The notes beneath the pieces were generated by a model that saw only the letters and a program-made list of their open reading frames with translations, was not told the DNA's origin and searched no databases. From Lama guanicoe (taxonomy: Eukaryota), in contig MU054391.1 of the NCBI GenBank assembly GCA_013239625.1, positions 7,037,095-7,101,094 of the forward strand: 64,000 nt of DNA, written 5' to 3'. This document shows positions 1 through 12,816 of this stretch, in pieces (positions within the stretch are counted from its first letter, which is position 1; every line of letters begins with the position of its first letter). The position numbers and the translations under genes were made by a program.

Positions 1-464
1 GGGGGGGTGGGGGGGGTTGCCAGGCCACGCTTCTGCTGCCCAACTCTAGGCGGCACATTCACATCAGCACCATCATCATCATCATAGATTTGTATCTTTA
101 TGGTGACGGTTTTCCAGCAGATGCCGTGAAGTGTGTCTGAGACCGGGCAGCTCTTCCTCATTCTCAGATGGGCACCCCTGGGGCTCGTGGGGGTGGGGCG
201 CGGGGGCTGTTGCCAGGCTCTGTGGGTGGACACCCTGTAGCTGATGAAGAAACTGAGGTTTACAGAGACGAAGCCGGTGGGTGGGCTCCAGGGCTGCTGG
301 CTGCTTTCCACTGGGCCGCACGCCGCGCTTCACAAGGGCGCTGCACACTGCGTGCCCGCAGGCCAGGCAGAGGTGGCCCAGGACGTTTGAGCTGGGTGGT
401 TGCTGCTTCACTTGGAGTAATTCTTCCATTCCTCGGCTCCGTAAGGGCTAAGACAATGTCTTAA

Positions 465-897
465 TCTATCTTTTTTTTGCTATATTATAGTCAGTTTACA
501 ACATTGTGTCAGTTTCTGGTGTGTAGCACATGCTTCAGTCATTTGTGAACACACAGATACTTGTTTTCATTTTCTTTTTCACTGTAAGTTACTACAAGAT
601 CTTGAATATAGTTCCCTGTGCTGTACAGTATGAACTTGCTGTTTATCTATTTTATATATACTAGTTAGTATCTGTGAATCTCAAACTCCCAGTTTATCCC
701 TTCCCATCCCCTTTCCCCCGGGAACCATAAGATTGTTTACTGTGTCTGCAAGTCTGTTTGTGTTTCATAGATGAGTTCATTTGTGTCCTCTTTTTTTCTT
801 TTTTTAGATTCCACATATGAGTGGTATGTGGTATTTTTCTTTCTCTTTCTGGCTTACTTCACTTAGAATGACAATCTCCATCCATGTTGCTGCAAAT
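465..897 (-). mobile_element. 5'-truncated L1 3' end
   Basis: T-tail then typical L1 3' UTR motifs (ttgaatatagttccctgtgct, aaccataag, tagattccacatatgagtg, tccatccatgttgctgcaaat). Confidence 0.88.
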
Positions 898-957
898 TAA
901 ATAAGTAAATAAACCTAATTACCTCCTCCCATGAAAAAACAAAATAAATAAACAAAA
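898..957 (+). mobile_element. 3' tail fragment of a camelid tRNA-derived SINE
   Basis: aaataaacctaattacctcctccc plus A-rich tail; the same tail appears reverse-complemented in the SINEs at 16322 and 56233. Confidence 0.65.
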
Positions 958-1762
958 TATCTTAAATTTGAGCGAGGATTTATTAGGTTCCTTCTTTGTA
1001 TCAGGCACTGGGCTAGACTTCTCTCCTAGCGTTCGCCCATGGCAACCGTAGTATTACTGTCCTGCTTTATAGGTGAGCAAATGAAAGGTCATTTGCCTTG
1101 AGGTCACAGGAGCAGTAAGTTGCAGAGCCCGACTGGAACCCACTTCTGCCTCTCTCCACACCAAGTCCTCTGCGGTTTCTCCTCCACAACCCCGAGCCCT
1201 GCCCTGGCCTGTCCACCGTGCCCACTCCTCTGTGAATTCCGTTACTCCTTGAGGTGTCTTCCCAGACAGACTCGTTCACAATATGGCAATGCCTTGGTTG
1301 CTGTCCCCTCCCTTGCATGAGGCATGGTCCTGGGCACATTTTAAATGTTGATTAAATAATGAAATGTCCACTTATTACAGATAATCCTCACAATAGTGCA
1401 GTCAGCTGGTCATTAATATTTATTCCCATCGTTCAGATGAAAAAAATCTGAGCCTCCAAGAAGTTGCCCAGCCTATTGAGGGTTCTGTTGCTTGGAAGTG
1501 GCATAGCTGGGGCTCAAGCCTCATTTTCACCTGACCTGAAAGTCAGTGCTCTTTTGATTCCAGGTAGAACCAGGCTAAACACACAGCAGGTGCCCCCAGA
1601 GACTCACAATCAAACAGACTTGGCTGCTAAGGGCTCACGGTGACAAAGTGTGCACCAGTCCTAGGGGCCCACTGAGGAACGCAGGGTGCTGGTCCCCCAG
1701 CATGGAGCGGTGCCTCCTCTGTGGAAGGCACTGGATAGACACCTTCTTCTGTGTCCTCCTAG

Positions 1763-1959
1763 GTCTCTGAGGTACTGTGACCTGCGGCTGATAAACTCCT
1801 CCTGCCTGGTGAGGACAGCCCTGGAGCAGGAGCTGGGCCTGGCCGCTTACTTTGTGAGCAACGAGGCTCCCCTGGAGAAGGGGGCCCGGAACGAGGCCTT
1901 GGAGAGCGACGCGGAGAAGCTGAGCGGCACGGATGAGGACGAGGAGCTGGTGACCGAAG
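1763..1959 (+). CDS. GREB1: GREB1 internal coding exon, first of 14 in the window (about exon 20 by human numbering); 5' part of gene lies upstream of the window
   Basis: cctcctag|G acceptor, GAAG|gtgagg donor; encodes SLRYCDLRLINSSCLVRTALEQELGLAAYFVSNE...EDEELVTE, recognised as GREB1. Confidence 0.95.
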
Positions 1960-3104
1960 GTGAGGGTGGCCGGGCCCTCACCCCGCATGCTCCCGCGCGG
2001 GTCTAGACAGCCCTCCCTGCTCGGTGTGACCCGGGAACTGTCTGCTGCTTGCAGCTCCGGGTGAGAACGACCTAGATCCATCTTTGAGGGAAATGGCAGA
2101 TCCCTCAATGAATTCAGATCCTGCTTTTTTCCCCTAATGTTTGGTGGTGTGAGAGAATGGAAATCCCTATTGTTTCTTCCTAGCTGTAGAATTCCTTAAA
2201 AAACAGGAAGAAGAATTGAGACTTCTTAGGGTTCAAGTTCATGCTCTGTTCGAATTGCGGGTGGAGTTACTGCCAAGTGGAAGATTCCATCACTTATTTC
2301 CTCTGTGCGAATTAACGGGACCTGTCCATTATTGGGATTTATGAAAACTGGCCAGTTTCGTTTGCAGACATCAAAATCCAACACCATATTTTGCATAGAA
2401 CACAAACATCAGAGCGGTGCACGGCATTTGGCTGTAGTCAACAGCATAGTGAGAAAAAATTAAAAGCTGCTACTACAAACACGCAAAGCATTTGTGATAT
2501 AGCAGAGAGAGAGATTGAAAACCGGGGCTCCTCTCCCCTCTCCATCTCTGGCTGTGTGGCTTTGATGGGTCATGTCACCCTTCCCAGCCTCAGATGGTGC
2601 ATCTGGAAAATGGGGATGGAAAGACCCACCTGACAGATGCCCTGGGGCTGTAGGAACCTTTCACAGTCGTGACTTGACCTTGACATGAAACTGCCTCCAC
2701 TTCCCTGTTGTCTATGGGATGAATCCACACTCCTAACATCTCCCACCCACCTCTGTCCTCTCACCATCTGCTCCTCTTGGCTTTTGGCCCTTACGCCGCA
2801 CCCTCAACTCTTGGCCCCACTCAACTCATGGCTGTGCCCTGCTCTGTCACCTCTGGGCCACACAGGTGCTCTCCCCACTGCTCGAGTTCCCTCTGCTCCG
2901 TGCTCTACCTGGAAATTCCTGCCAGCCTGTCAGGACTTGGCTCGAGGTCACCTCTCCCAGGAGTTTCCCTGGTCCTGCCTCCCTGTGCTGGGTGGGAGCC
3001 TGGCCCCTGGGCAGGAGCCCCACTGAGCCTCAAGTGCCTCGCTGGCCTGCCCTGCATCTTGCTCCTGTCTCCTTAGCACTCCCTTGAGGATGGTGCCTGG
3101 AAAC

Positions 3105-3128
3105 GATGGATGGATGGATGGATGGATG
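3105..3128. repeat. (GATG)6 microsatellite
   Basis: Read directly. Confidence 0.9.
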
Positions 3129-3232
3129 GGTGAGAGATGACACCTGTGAATGCACTTTGTAAACTGGGAAGCGCTGGGGGAACGTAAGGGCGGTGATCAC
3201 GAGGTGTCTTCAGTGGGTGTGTTTTGAAACAG

Positions 3233-3322
3233 GCTCCGCCTTGGAGAAGAGGAGCCCCGTGAAGAGAGAACGGTCCTGCTCCCACGACTCGGTGTCCTCA
3301 TCCGTCTCCTCTAAGGCGTCTA
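3233..3322 (+). CDS. GREB1: GREB1 coding exon (90 nt)
   Basis: aaacag|GC acceptor, TCTA|gtgagt donor; GSALEKRSPVKRERSCSHDSVSSSVSSKAS; phase 1/1 fits both neighbours. Confidence 0.93.
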
Positions 3323-6151
3323 GTGAGTCTCCAGGGGCTAAAGATCCCACAATAGGACCTTTGTTTTTGAGGGGTGAGATTTCAGAGAATGAAAAGAGAT
3401 CTTTTATTTTCAACTAAACTGGAAGGAGAAGGAATCTTTGAAGAACTGGACTTTGTGGAGAGTAAGCATGTTTCTGGGCTGGGCTCTGGATACACGAGGA
3501 GATGGAGCAGTGGCTCCTGTCCCGGGAGGAGGCCGTGGCCTAGGGCCCTGCAGGGCTGGTACCGGGCGGTGTCAGAGGGTGAGCCCCGCCGTGCTTGGCA
3601 GGCAGCTGTTGGTTTGGGGAATTGGGGGAGAGGAGTGTTCTTGTTGAATCTGAAGGCCAAGAGAACTGGTCACAGAAGACTTCACTGGGTAGCAAATGTT
3701 CCCTGAGCCCTGGACCCAGACCGCTTTATGGTGGAGGGCGTGAGGCCTGTGGATAAAATGCTCCTAGTCTCTGCCCTAAGGGAGGCCTCGGTCTTGGGAG
3801 CAGTCGGGACCCGCACACCTGAGACAATATCACTTCTTCCCAGTGCAGGTGTTTATTGAGAACCTACTTTCTATCTGACTGAGGGTGTTGAGAGACAAGG
3901 TAGATGTGGACCTGCTCTCAGGGAATTCATTGTTCCTTTGCACCAGGTGATGTTGCAGTAGGGGCTGCTGTGTTTTTTTCTGCACACATTCACGTGAAAT
4001 GTTATTGTTACATGTGGGAGGAAGCAATTAATTTTGTCTCGAGCAGGGCAGATTTAGGGGAAGGGGAGGTCCCTGCAGGTTTTGGAGAGCAGCTGGCCTT
4101 TGGGTCTTGCAGGAAAAGGCATTCCAGGTGCAGGAGACTTCACAGGTAAAGGAGGCTCCGGGTGTGGAGGTGCGTGGGGTGCTTGGGCACGGTGAGTGGT
4201 CCCAGGGCTACAGCTCAGGGTGCAGTGGGCCTGGCCATGGTCAGGGCGTGGCTGCAAAAGTCAGGGCACATCGGGGGGTTTGGCCTGGGGCTGCTTTGAT
4301 TTCCTCTCTTCTTTCCGCTCCTCACCAGCCCTTGGACAACAGTGGGCCAGGTGGTGGGGTCTCCCTCAAAGAGGGAGTCAAACGAGGCCTCCTTAACATA
4401 AGCCTGGACTCTGTGAGCGAAGGAAGATCTGATTCACGGGCTAGAGTCAGTCAGAAAAGCCAAATGCTGCAGCCATCTGTCCTTCTGCCCCACACAGTAG
4501 AGGGAACACAGGGCGCCACGGGGCGAGCTGAGAAGGATGACCTGTATATGAGAGTAGAGAGGTGTGGTACTTTGTCCCCCACCCCATCCAGCCTGACAGC
4601 TTCCTGGTAGATGCTGGGACATGCTGGTCTGTGTAGTATCTTCAGGTGGAGTAGAATGTCTGAGCTGTCAACCAGCCTCTCTCCTCTGGTGAGGTGACTT
4701 TCTTAGGATTCCCCAGACAGTCCTGAGATTTTGGGGGTCTCTGATGAAATGCTTCTTGTGGCCTTGGGTGTGGCCCTCCCCCCACATTTGAGGGATGAGG
4801 AAATCCCCACATTTCAGGAGGCTCAGGGAGACGAGACTTGGCCACAGCCACATGAGTCAGGATGGAGGGGTGACACGAGTCAGCCTGGGCAGGTCTAGGT
4901 CCCTTTTTCATAGACTGACAGAGTCCCCCTTGGACTCAACCAGGGCAGGCCAACTGAGGTCTGAGGGTGGATGGAGAGAAACGTCCGTGTGGATCTCTGT
5001 CTTCTGGGTCCTGCCAGTCTGGGCCTCACAACCTAGGGCAGTGGGTGAAGACCTCAGGGTCCCCATGGGCTACTGTTGGCACCTCAGGCCCCTTTGATGT
5101 CTTTTGGGCCCATTTGTCCCCCTTCCCCCAGGCCAGATTCTCAGATGCCCATCCTCCCCACCCCTGGTCCTCAGCTCCTCCACTGACTCTGAGCTGATCA
5201 GCTCAGGTCCCTCGTCCACGGGAGAGGCAGTTTATCGGGGGTCAGGCCTTCAGCCGAGGGGACAGGCAGGTGCCGCATCACTTCCTTCCGTGAGCAGTCT
5301 GTACCTGAGCCAGATGCAGGCTGGGGGCTGCATAAGCCTGGGGCACTCAGATCCAGCGGGGAGGTTGCCTGAGCTGTGTGGTGAGCAGCGTGCAGGCTGA
5401 ACCAAGTGCCATGGGGAGGGGCTCGGCCTCTCCCAGGAGGGTGGCAAAGGGGTATCAGGCCTGCCTGGGAAACAGTCTCCCTCGTCTCCCAGAAAATGAC
5501 AGAGCTGAGACATAGATGTGGCTCCTGTGGAGCCTGAGGTCTGCTTGGCTGCTCGGAGCTGGCATGCAGGCCCTGGGCGTACGTGGCTGGCTTAATATAA
5601 AAGACAGGGACCAGCGTGTGGCTCCTGGGTGTCCAGGGACTCACACTCACCATGGCCCTCAACATGGTCCATGTCGGGGTGAGGGCAAAAGAAACCCTGC
5701 CTTTGGGTAGCTGCTGTCCGTGCTGCTTGAACTCCTTTGGAAGCTGAGTGACTGTAGCATTAGTCAAGCCTTTTCAGTCCTGTGAGTTTCGCTGCCAGTT
5801 TGAACCAGAAGCACCACTGTGCTGTGCAGAGGGGAGGTTTGAGCTCCAGGAGCCACCTGCACAGAAGTGGAGTAGGCGTGTAGGCTGAGTGCTGAAGGTG
5901 AGGGGTTCCGGGACAGACCGGGCAGGGGTGCAGAGGAGAGGCCATCGCGGCGTGCGTGGGCCCAGGCGAGTGGTGCTGGCCCTCTCCCTGAAGCACCTCC
6001 TGGCTTTGTCAGAAGGGCAGAAGAGTCTCTATTTAACCAGAGATGGGATTCATTGACGAAATTCCCAATAACTGTCAAGTGAAGGTAGTCAGCGCTGCGG
6101 AAGCAGGAGCTGCAGTTTCAGGGCCTTGACTGACGGACCGTCTCTCCCCAG

Positions 6152-6774
6152 GCTCTGCGCTCTGCGGCGAGTCCTCAGTCCCCCCAGCGGGGCCCTCGCA
6201 GGGGGAGCAGGCCCGGTCCCCGCCGCCTGGCGGCCCCACAGAGGAGGGCAGGGCCCCCGGTGAGAGGCAGAGGCTCCGGGCCGGGTGGGAGCCGCCAGCC
6301 GTCATCAGCCGGCACAGCCCCGGGCTGGCCCCCCCGCCGGACCTCAGGACCGGCCGGCAGAGCATCCGGAGGTCGGCCCCCTCATCCTCCTCCCAGCTCT
6401 CCTCCTCGGGCTCGTCCTCCTTGTCCACGGTGCCTGCCGCCGGGCCGCTCGTCCTGCAGGCCTCCCAGTGCTCCATGACCAAGGCCTGCCGGCAGCCGCC
6501 CATAGTTTTCCTGCCCAAGCTGGTGTACGACATGGTCACGGCCACCGACAGCAGTGGCCTGCCCAAGGCCGCCTCGCTCCTGCCCTCGCACTCGGTCGTG
6601 TGGGCCAGCTCGTTCCGGCCGCTGCTCAGCAAGACGATGACGTCCACGGAGCAGTCCCTGTACTACCGGCAGTGGACAGTGCCCCGGCCCAGCCACATGG
6701 ACTACGGCAACCGCGCCGAGGGCCGCGTGGACGGCTTCCACCCGCGCCGCCTGCTGCTCAGCGGGCCCCCCCAG
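6152..6774 (+). CDS. GREB1: GREB1 large GC/CpG-rich coding exon (623 nt)
   Basis: tctctccccag|GC acceptor, CCAG|gtgggt donor; open frame SALCGESS...QASQCSMTKACRQPPIVFLPKLVYDM...FHPRRLLLSGPPQ. Confidence 0.95.
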
Positions 6775-8035
6775 GTGGGTGCCGCCCTGTGCGGCCAGGC
6801 TGCGTGGGGGCTTGTGTTCCCGCCCAGAGGCAGGTTTGGGGCCGACAGCACTCCCTATTCGTGTCTGCTGTTTCTGCAGCGGAATCTCAGATGTCGCAAA
6901 GTAGATGGGTGGGCAGATCTCCCTTTCCCCCACGGCGGGGTGACCTCCATCCTCTGACCCCAGTTTTCTCCTTTGTGTCATGCATGGATGGAGGGGTTCT
7001 CTGCGAGTGCCTCCTGCTCCTTCAGACTACAGTTCCGCATTTCCCACGTTATTGCACTCAGTCCTCACAGCCAGTGTGTACAGTTCACTCCTACTCTGGC
7101 AGTGGAGCCCAACCCCTGGTTCTGCCCTGCAAGACTCTGGTGAAACAGGACAGGGTGGCAGGAGGCCTGTCTCCATCCTCCAGCTCTTTGCGTTTTTCCA
7201 ACAACAAAAGACTGTTTCACCTATCAGCCTGGCAGAACCTGGGAGGTGTGAGTGTCAAGTGTCGTGAACACGTGAGGAGGACACACGAGGTGGGTATCAG
7301 GTCTTGGCCAGACAATGCAGGAGTGGAAGGTGGGCCCTGAGGGAACGGCTGGGGCTTAGATTTGGACTAAAACATCACCTAACACCCTGGGCCGGTTCCA
7401 GCCTTCTCTGTGCCTTACGGTCCTCATCTGAGAATGAGGAAAATAATAGCACCTTGATGACAAAAATGGGGCCCTCAAACAGGAGAATAATTGTAGGGCA
7501 CCAGGAATATGGCCTGACCCCTAGAAGGCATTGTCATTGTCACCATCATCATCACTGTCTCAATTCAAGACTTGCTTCCTTTTCACTTAGCATGTTCATT
7601 CCCTTTCCAGGAATCTATCCCAAGGAGCACAAACCCCCCACAAAGATGTGTAAGAATGCTCATTTTTGTATTGCTGACAGCAGTAAAAAAAAACCAAACT
7701 GGAGACAACTTAAGTTCCATGAGTCACGTTTGGTTGAATCCATTTGGATTAAGCAGCATCGTGCAGTTCAGCCACAGAAAGTTTGAGCTGGGTCTTTATG
7801 TCCCGACATGGACATTTCTCTAAGATATTCAAATGTTAAAGATCAAATTGCAGAATAATATATACATAGTGTAATATCAATTACAAAAAAAATACCAGTG
7901 TATGCATGTGTCTGCGTGTGTGAAAAAATCTAAAAAATCCCTGACAGGAGGGGTGTGAAGTAGTTACATGGGGAGGGGGCTGGGGTTTGTGACTTTATTC
8001 TACTTTATTATGGATCTGTATTTCTTGACCTTTTA

Positions 8036-8205
8036 TTTATTTATTTATTTATTTTTAACATTTTTTATTGATTTATAATCATTTTACAATGTTGTGTCAA
8101 ATTCCAGCGAAGAGCACAATTTTTCAGTTATACATGAACATATATATGTTCATTGTCACATTTTTTCTCTATGAGCTACCATAAGATCTTGTGTATATTT
8201 CCCTG
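8036..8205 (-). mobile_element. Short young L1 3' end with target-site duplication
   Basis: (TTTA)n tail plus L1 3' end, flanked by TGACCTTTTA at 8026-8035 and 8206-8215; TTTT/AA endonuclease site. Confidence 0.85.
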
Positions 8206-9302
8206 TGACCTTTTAAATGGGCATATATTCCTTTTAGTTATTTTTTAAAAAGAGGAAAAAATTAAACGTTTTTAAAAAAGGAGTCCTGGTTTCTCCATAC
8301 CCTTGCATTACTGAATGTCATTCATCGTTAAAATTTTTGCCTATTTGATACCGGAAAAGAGTGTATCATAGTTTTATTAGTGAGGGTGAATCTATTTTTG
8401 TATGTTTATTGATCATTGGCACGTCTTTGCTGACTTTCTGGTTTATTTCTCTTGTTTATTTTTCCTTTCGTCCATTTGACTTTTTCTTTGGCTTTGTAGG
8501 AGCTGTTTAGATGATAAATTTTAATTCTTGATCAATTGTATGTATTGCAAATATTTTCTCTGAAACTCCCCCTGGTTGTGTTTCATATTTTCTTCTTAAA
8601 GTTAGTTTTTTCCATTCACCAACATTTGTTGAGTACTTACCATGATCTAGGCACTGAGCTAAGAAATTTGAAAGCACGTTCTGAGAGTAGCGGGTCGGGG
8701 AGGGGTACCTATTTAACCAGTTGTAACTTCAGTGAACTAAGACCAGGTACACTGGATTGGCCAAGTGCTGGGCTTGAGGGAACAGGGGACTCTCTAATAC
8801 AAGAAGAAAGAAGGAAGAAGAGAAAATTCTTTTATTTATTTTCCTGGACTTAGGAGGAGGGAAATGTGATGCCAACTTTTTATGTCTTCCACAGTGAATT
8901 TTGTTATCTTTCTGCAGGTACGTCGCTTAATTTAAGAATAGCAATATGCAATTTTGCAAGACTCTTTGAAGATAGTATGTTCTGTATGGGCAGTTTGTTT
9001 TTTGAAGCAACCTTTGTTCAGCTTGTGATGAAGTCCGGTTTCTAACAGCTTAAAAAATGGGGCCAGTTAAAACTGAAAAGGCATTTGCAGTGATTTGTAG
9101 GTGGGTGGGTCTCCTGCCCGTGGGAGTCTGCCTATCTGCCTGCTTCTTCAGGCCACGTTTTCCCTCACAAGTCTTTGTTTCCCCTCCGGCCCTCGTCTTA
9201 ATCAGGTGAGATCTTTAAGAAAGATGGATGACAGGAGGCGTGGCAGGCGCCCCAGCCAGCGCCGGCGTGCTGACGGTTGGCTCCAACTTACTGTCTTTAC
9301 AG

Positions 9303-9405
9303 ATTGGGAAGACAGGCGCCTACCTGCAGTTCCTCAGCATCCTGTCCAGAATGCTCATTCGGCTGACGGAAGTGGATGTTTACGACGAAGAAGAGATCAA
9401 TATCA
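9303..9405 (+). CDS. GREB1: GREB1 coding exon (103 nt)
   Basis: tctttacag|ATT, ATCA|gtgagt; [34 protein letters not shown]. Confidence 0.96.
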
Positions 9406-10152
9406 GTGAGTTATCCACTGGTGGCGCTTGGGCTTGGAATCGTCTTTAGTCCATTTCTCAAGTGACTCTGGTTATGGCTTTTACTTTCAAGATGGAATTC
9501 TCAGGTTCCTGGTTAGACTCGTCCCGAGGGCCTTTGCAGGAGTGCTTTTATCTTTCCCTTGTAGTCATTTTGCTCAATACGAGAACAGTGCCTGGGAGGC
9601 CTTGCTGGGGATAAAATTACTGCCCTAAAAATAACTGCTGTTTACTGAGGACCTTCCAAATGTCAAACACTGTGCTACATGCTCTATATAAATGACCACA
9701 TTTAGTTTTCTGCACCACATCAAGAGATAGATATTGTTACTCCATTTTCCTGATAAGTAACACGTCCAGGAGCCCAGCGGGGAGGGGGCAGAGTTGGAAC
9801 TACACTAGGTTTGGGTGCTGACCCTGGAAGGTGGACTTGTCCATCAGGGAGGTTCCCACTCAGGCCACTGAGCACCTGGGTCCATATCCGGGGGCAGAAT
9901 GGAAATACATGATACGCGGGGAATAGCCTTTTCTCGTCACTCACAGAACAAAATTTACCCTGATTAAGGTGAACAGCTGTTTTAGGCTAATTGTAAAACA
10001 TCTCCATTTTTCTCTTGCATTGTCCCTCCAGTGTCCCAGAAACCTGGCCTGGTACATGAACCTGTTGCTCTGGGAATGAGGATTTGTGTGGGGAGTCCCA
10101 TGTGTGTCGCAGAGAAAGTGTACATATAAGCTGCACTGGCAGCTAACAGCGC

Positions 10153-10420
10153 TTCTGTTTTATTGTGTCTGTTTAAGGTGTACAGCTTGGTGATTGGATA
10201 TACGCTGTGAAATCATCACAGTCACTCTAATGAATATACTCATCACCCCACATACTTACCATGTTCATTGCAGCATTATTCACAATAGCCAAGACATAGG
10301 AACAACCATATGTCATCCACTGATTGATAAACGTCCATCTGCAGTTGAGCAGATAAGGAAAACGTGGTCTCTCCATGCAGTGTGTTCACCCTTGACAAGG
10401 AAGGCAGTCCTGCCACTTCC
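10153..10420. mobile_element. Old L1 (L1MA-like) with internal inversion
   Basis: Antisense 3' end (tttaaggtgtacag...catcaccccacatacttacc) joined at 10260/10261 to a sense segment (atgttcattgcagcattattcacaatagccaagacatagg). Confidence 0.7.
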
Positions 10421-11588
10421 ACACACACAACTTCTTTAGATGCTCCCGACTCTGAGTTTTGACTTTAACCAAGGAAGCCCATCCAGCCCTTCGTCTTTCC
10501 TTTGAAGGAGAAGGGAAAGAGGCTTTTGGCTCTTCATCTAAATACCGAGTTTTCCACGATTTCTCCCATTGTGCGGAACTGTATTTTAGATGGAAGTTAA
10601 CAGGTCTGCTGAGTTTCTGTCTCCTCATTTTGTTGGATTTACCAGCAATAAAGACAGGATTTAAACCCAGTCTGTTAAACTCCAAAGACTATTTTCTCAA
10701 ATTCTCTCTTATTTCCTTGGGCTTCCCTTTGGTAAAATTGCATAGTTCTTGTTTTATAGGCTGTCGTGAAGACTAAATGATGTTACACATATGAAGCCCT
10801 GAGCACCTATTAAATACACAATAAACATTCCTCTCCCTCTTCTATCCTTATTTTTTCTCTTTCTTGTGGATGTGTACTCTGCCCATGTGTACAATATAGC
10901 AGGATAGATGCAGATATATAGTGATATATATCAATGTCATATATATAATATGTATATCGTATCTATAAAATCAATGTCACATAAGTTTGAGTTAGACCAA
11001 CTAGATTTTTTTTTTTACCTTTTAGCCAATAAACATTTGGTGAGCGTCATAGATAATACCAGTTAGAATGTAAGGTAATACACGGCAAATGGCAAAATGT
11101 GGTTGGGCCATGAGGAGTGCTGGCCTTCAGCAGGGGGAAGCCAACGGGCCTGAGCACTTAGAAGAGGCCTTCTCAAGGTGGAGAGATAGGAGTTGGGCCT
11201 TCCTGGATGGGTAGCATTTAGATGTAAGTGCAAGAGAGAGAACTGCGTTAAGTTCCACTGGTGGTGGGGACCAGTGTGATGTATTCGGGGCACAGAGCAC
11301 TGGGGTAGGTACATTGGGAGGAGCTGAAGTTAGTGTAGACAGAAGAGCAAACCCACCCCATAGGAAACACAGCGTACGGCTGTTCCTCTGCGGACAGATA
11401 GATCTGAATGCAGCTTCTTGCCAAGTTAGAGCAATCCTGAAAACGGGACGTGTGCGGGAGCATCTGAGGTCCAGTGGAGGGCCCCTGGGAACCTGCAGAC
11501 ACCACGTCAGCTCCACTCCCAGCGTCATCCTCATGCACAGTTGACATTCCTGTCTTGCCACCTGTCTGTGTTCTTACCCATCCCGTAG

Positions 11589-11747
11589 ACCTCAGAGAAG
11601 AGTCAGAGTGGCATTACCTCCAGCTCGGTGACCCCTGGCCAGACCTGGAGCTCTTCAAGAAGCTGCCTTTTGACTACATCATCCACGACCCGAAGTACGA
11701 GGACGCCAGTCTGATTTGTTCCCACCATCAGAGCATAAAGAGCGAAG
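11589..11747 (+). CDS. GREB1: GREB1 coding exon (159 nt)
   Basis: cccgtag|AC, GAAG|gtcaga; NLREESEWHYLQLGDPWPDLELFKKLPFDYIIHDPKYEDASLICSHHQSIKSE. Confidence 0.96.
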
Positions 11748-12673
11748 GTCAGATTTTCCAATCTCTGGCTTCCACCTTCTTCCAGAGGACATGGGAGTGG
11801 TCCCTTAAAAGGACGAGCTGCATCTTGTTAGTGATGAACTTATCTGGTGGTGGTGGGTGAACTGGCAGAGCCTGGTGAGGAGCTGAGGCTGCCCCCTCGT
11901 GGGACAGGGAGACCTGCTGCTCAGGCGGGGCGGAATAGTGGTGCGGACAGTCTGGATGGCTTGTCCTGCTTGGAATAATCTGGAGGTTTTGGTTACTAGA
12001 CAAGAGACATGTATGTTTCTCTGTGAATTTGGTTTGTTGTAACAGAATGCACCTGTTTCCCCCTCTGTCTTTGTCTCTCATTTTCTCCCTCCTTCGGGGA
12101 CTGGTGACTTTCACACTGTTGTGACCCTGCTGGTTTCAGGGTCGCCGGCAGCAACCACCGGATGTGAGTGGCCACTGTGAGTCTAAGTACTGACTAGAGA
12201 AGTTCGGTTGAATGCAGTGTGAGAGGAAAATACTCACCAGTCTCCACTGCAAACCAGCAATTTTATCTTCATTGTTCCCAGAATAGATCACTTTCACAGA
12301 AGGATTCTTCACCTAGACCTTCTCTAATGGAGGTTGAGTGTTAAAATCTTAATTCTGCTAAGTCATCTGAAAACAGGCAGGCGATTCACATGCTTTACAG
12401 TATTTGCATTTTAAGTCGGCGATCGATATATGTTGTTATGGAGCGAATTCTAGAACATGTGTTTATGAACCATCCGTAGGTCCATGAGTCAAGACACCAT
12501 GTGAACGTAGCCTCTTAGTTTATCCCACTGAGACTCTGACCCCGAGTCGCCCCGGGGCAAACGGGTGACAGGCGGTCACCCAAAATCCTGCCACAGCGTT
12601 TCAGTTTGTGTAGGCACGGGAGGGAGCATTTGTCCTGCCTCCCGCTGCCCTTCAGCGCTGCTCTTTTGTGCAG

Positions 12674-12816
12674 ACAGAGGGATGTACCGGAAGCCGGAGG
12701 ACCTCTACGTGCGGCGTCAGACGGCGCGGATGAGGCTGTCCAAGTATGCGGCGTACAACACATACCACCACTGCGAGCAGTGCCACCAGTACATGGGATT
12801 CCACCCCCGCTACCAG
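12674..12816 (+). CDS. GREB1: GREB1 coding exon (143 nt)
   Basis: ttgtgcag|AC, CCAG|gtagga; DRGMYRKPEDLYVRRQTARMRLSKYAAYNTYHHCEQCHQYMGFHPRYQ. Confidence 0.96.

Noticed and set aside
1..20. G-run with G-quadruplex potential
   Set aside because: Cut by the window edge and homopolymer-like; cannot be evaluated.
6075..7340. Long overlapping ORFs (351 aa +, 199 aa -, 190 aa -) around the large GREB1 exon
   Set aside because: Off-frame and antisense shadows of a very GC-rich exon; low-complexity products with no recognisable family.
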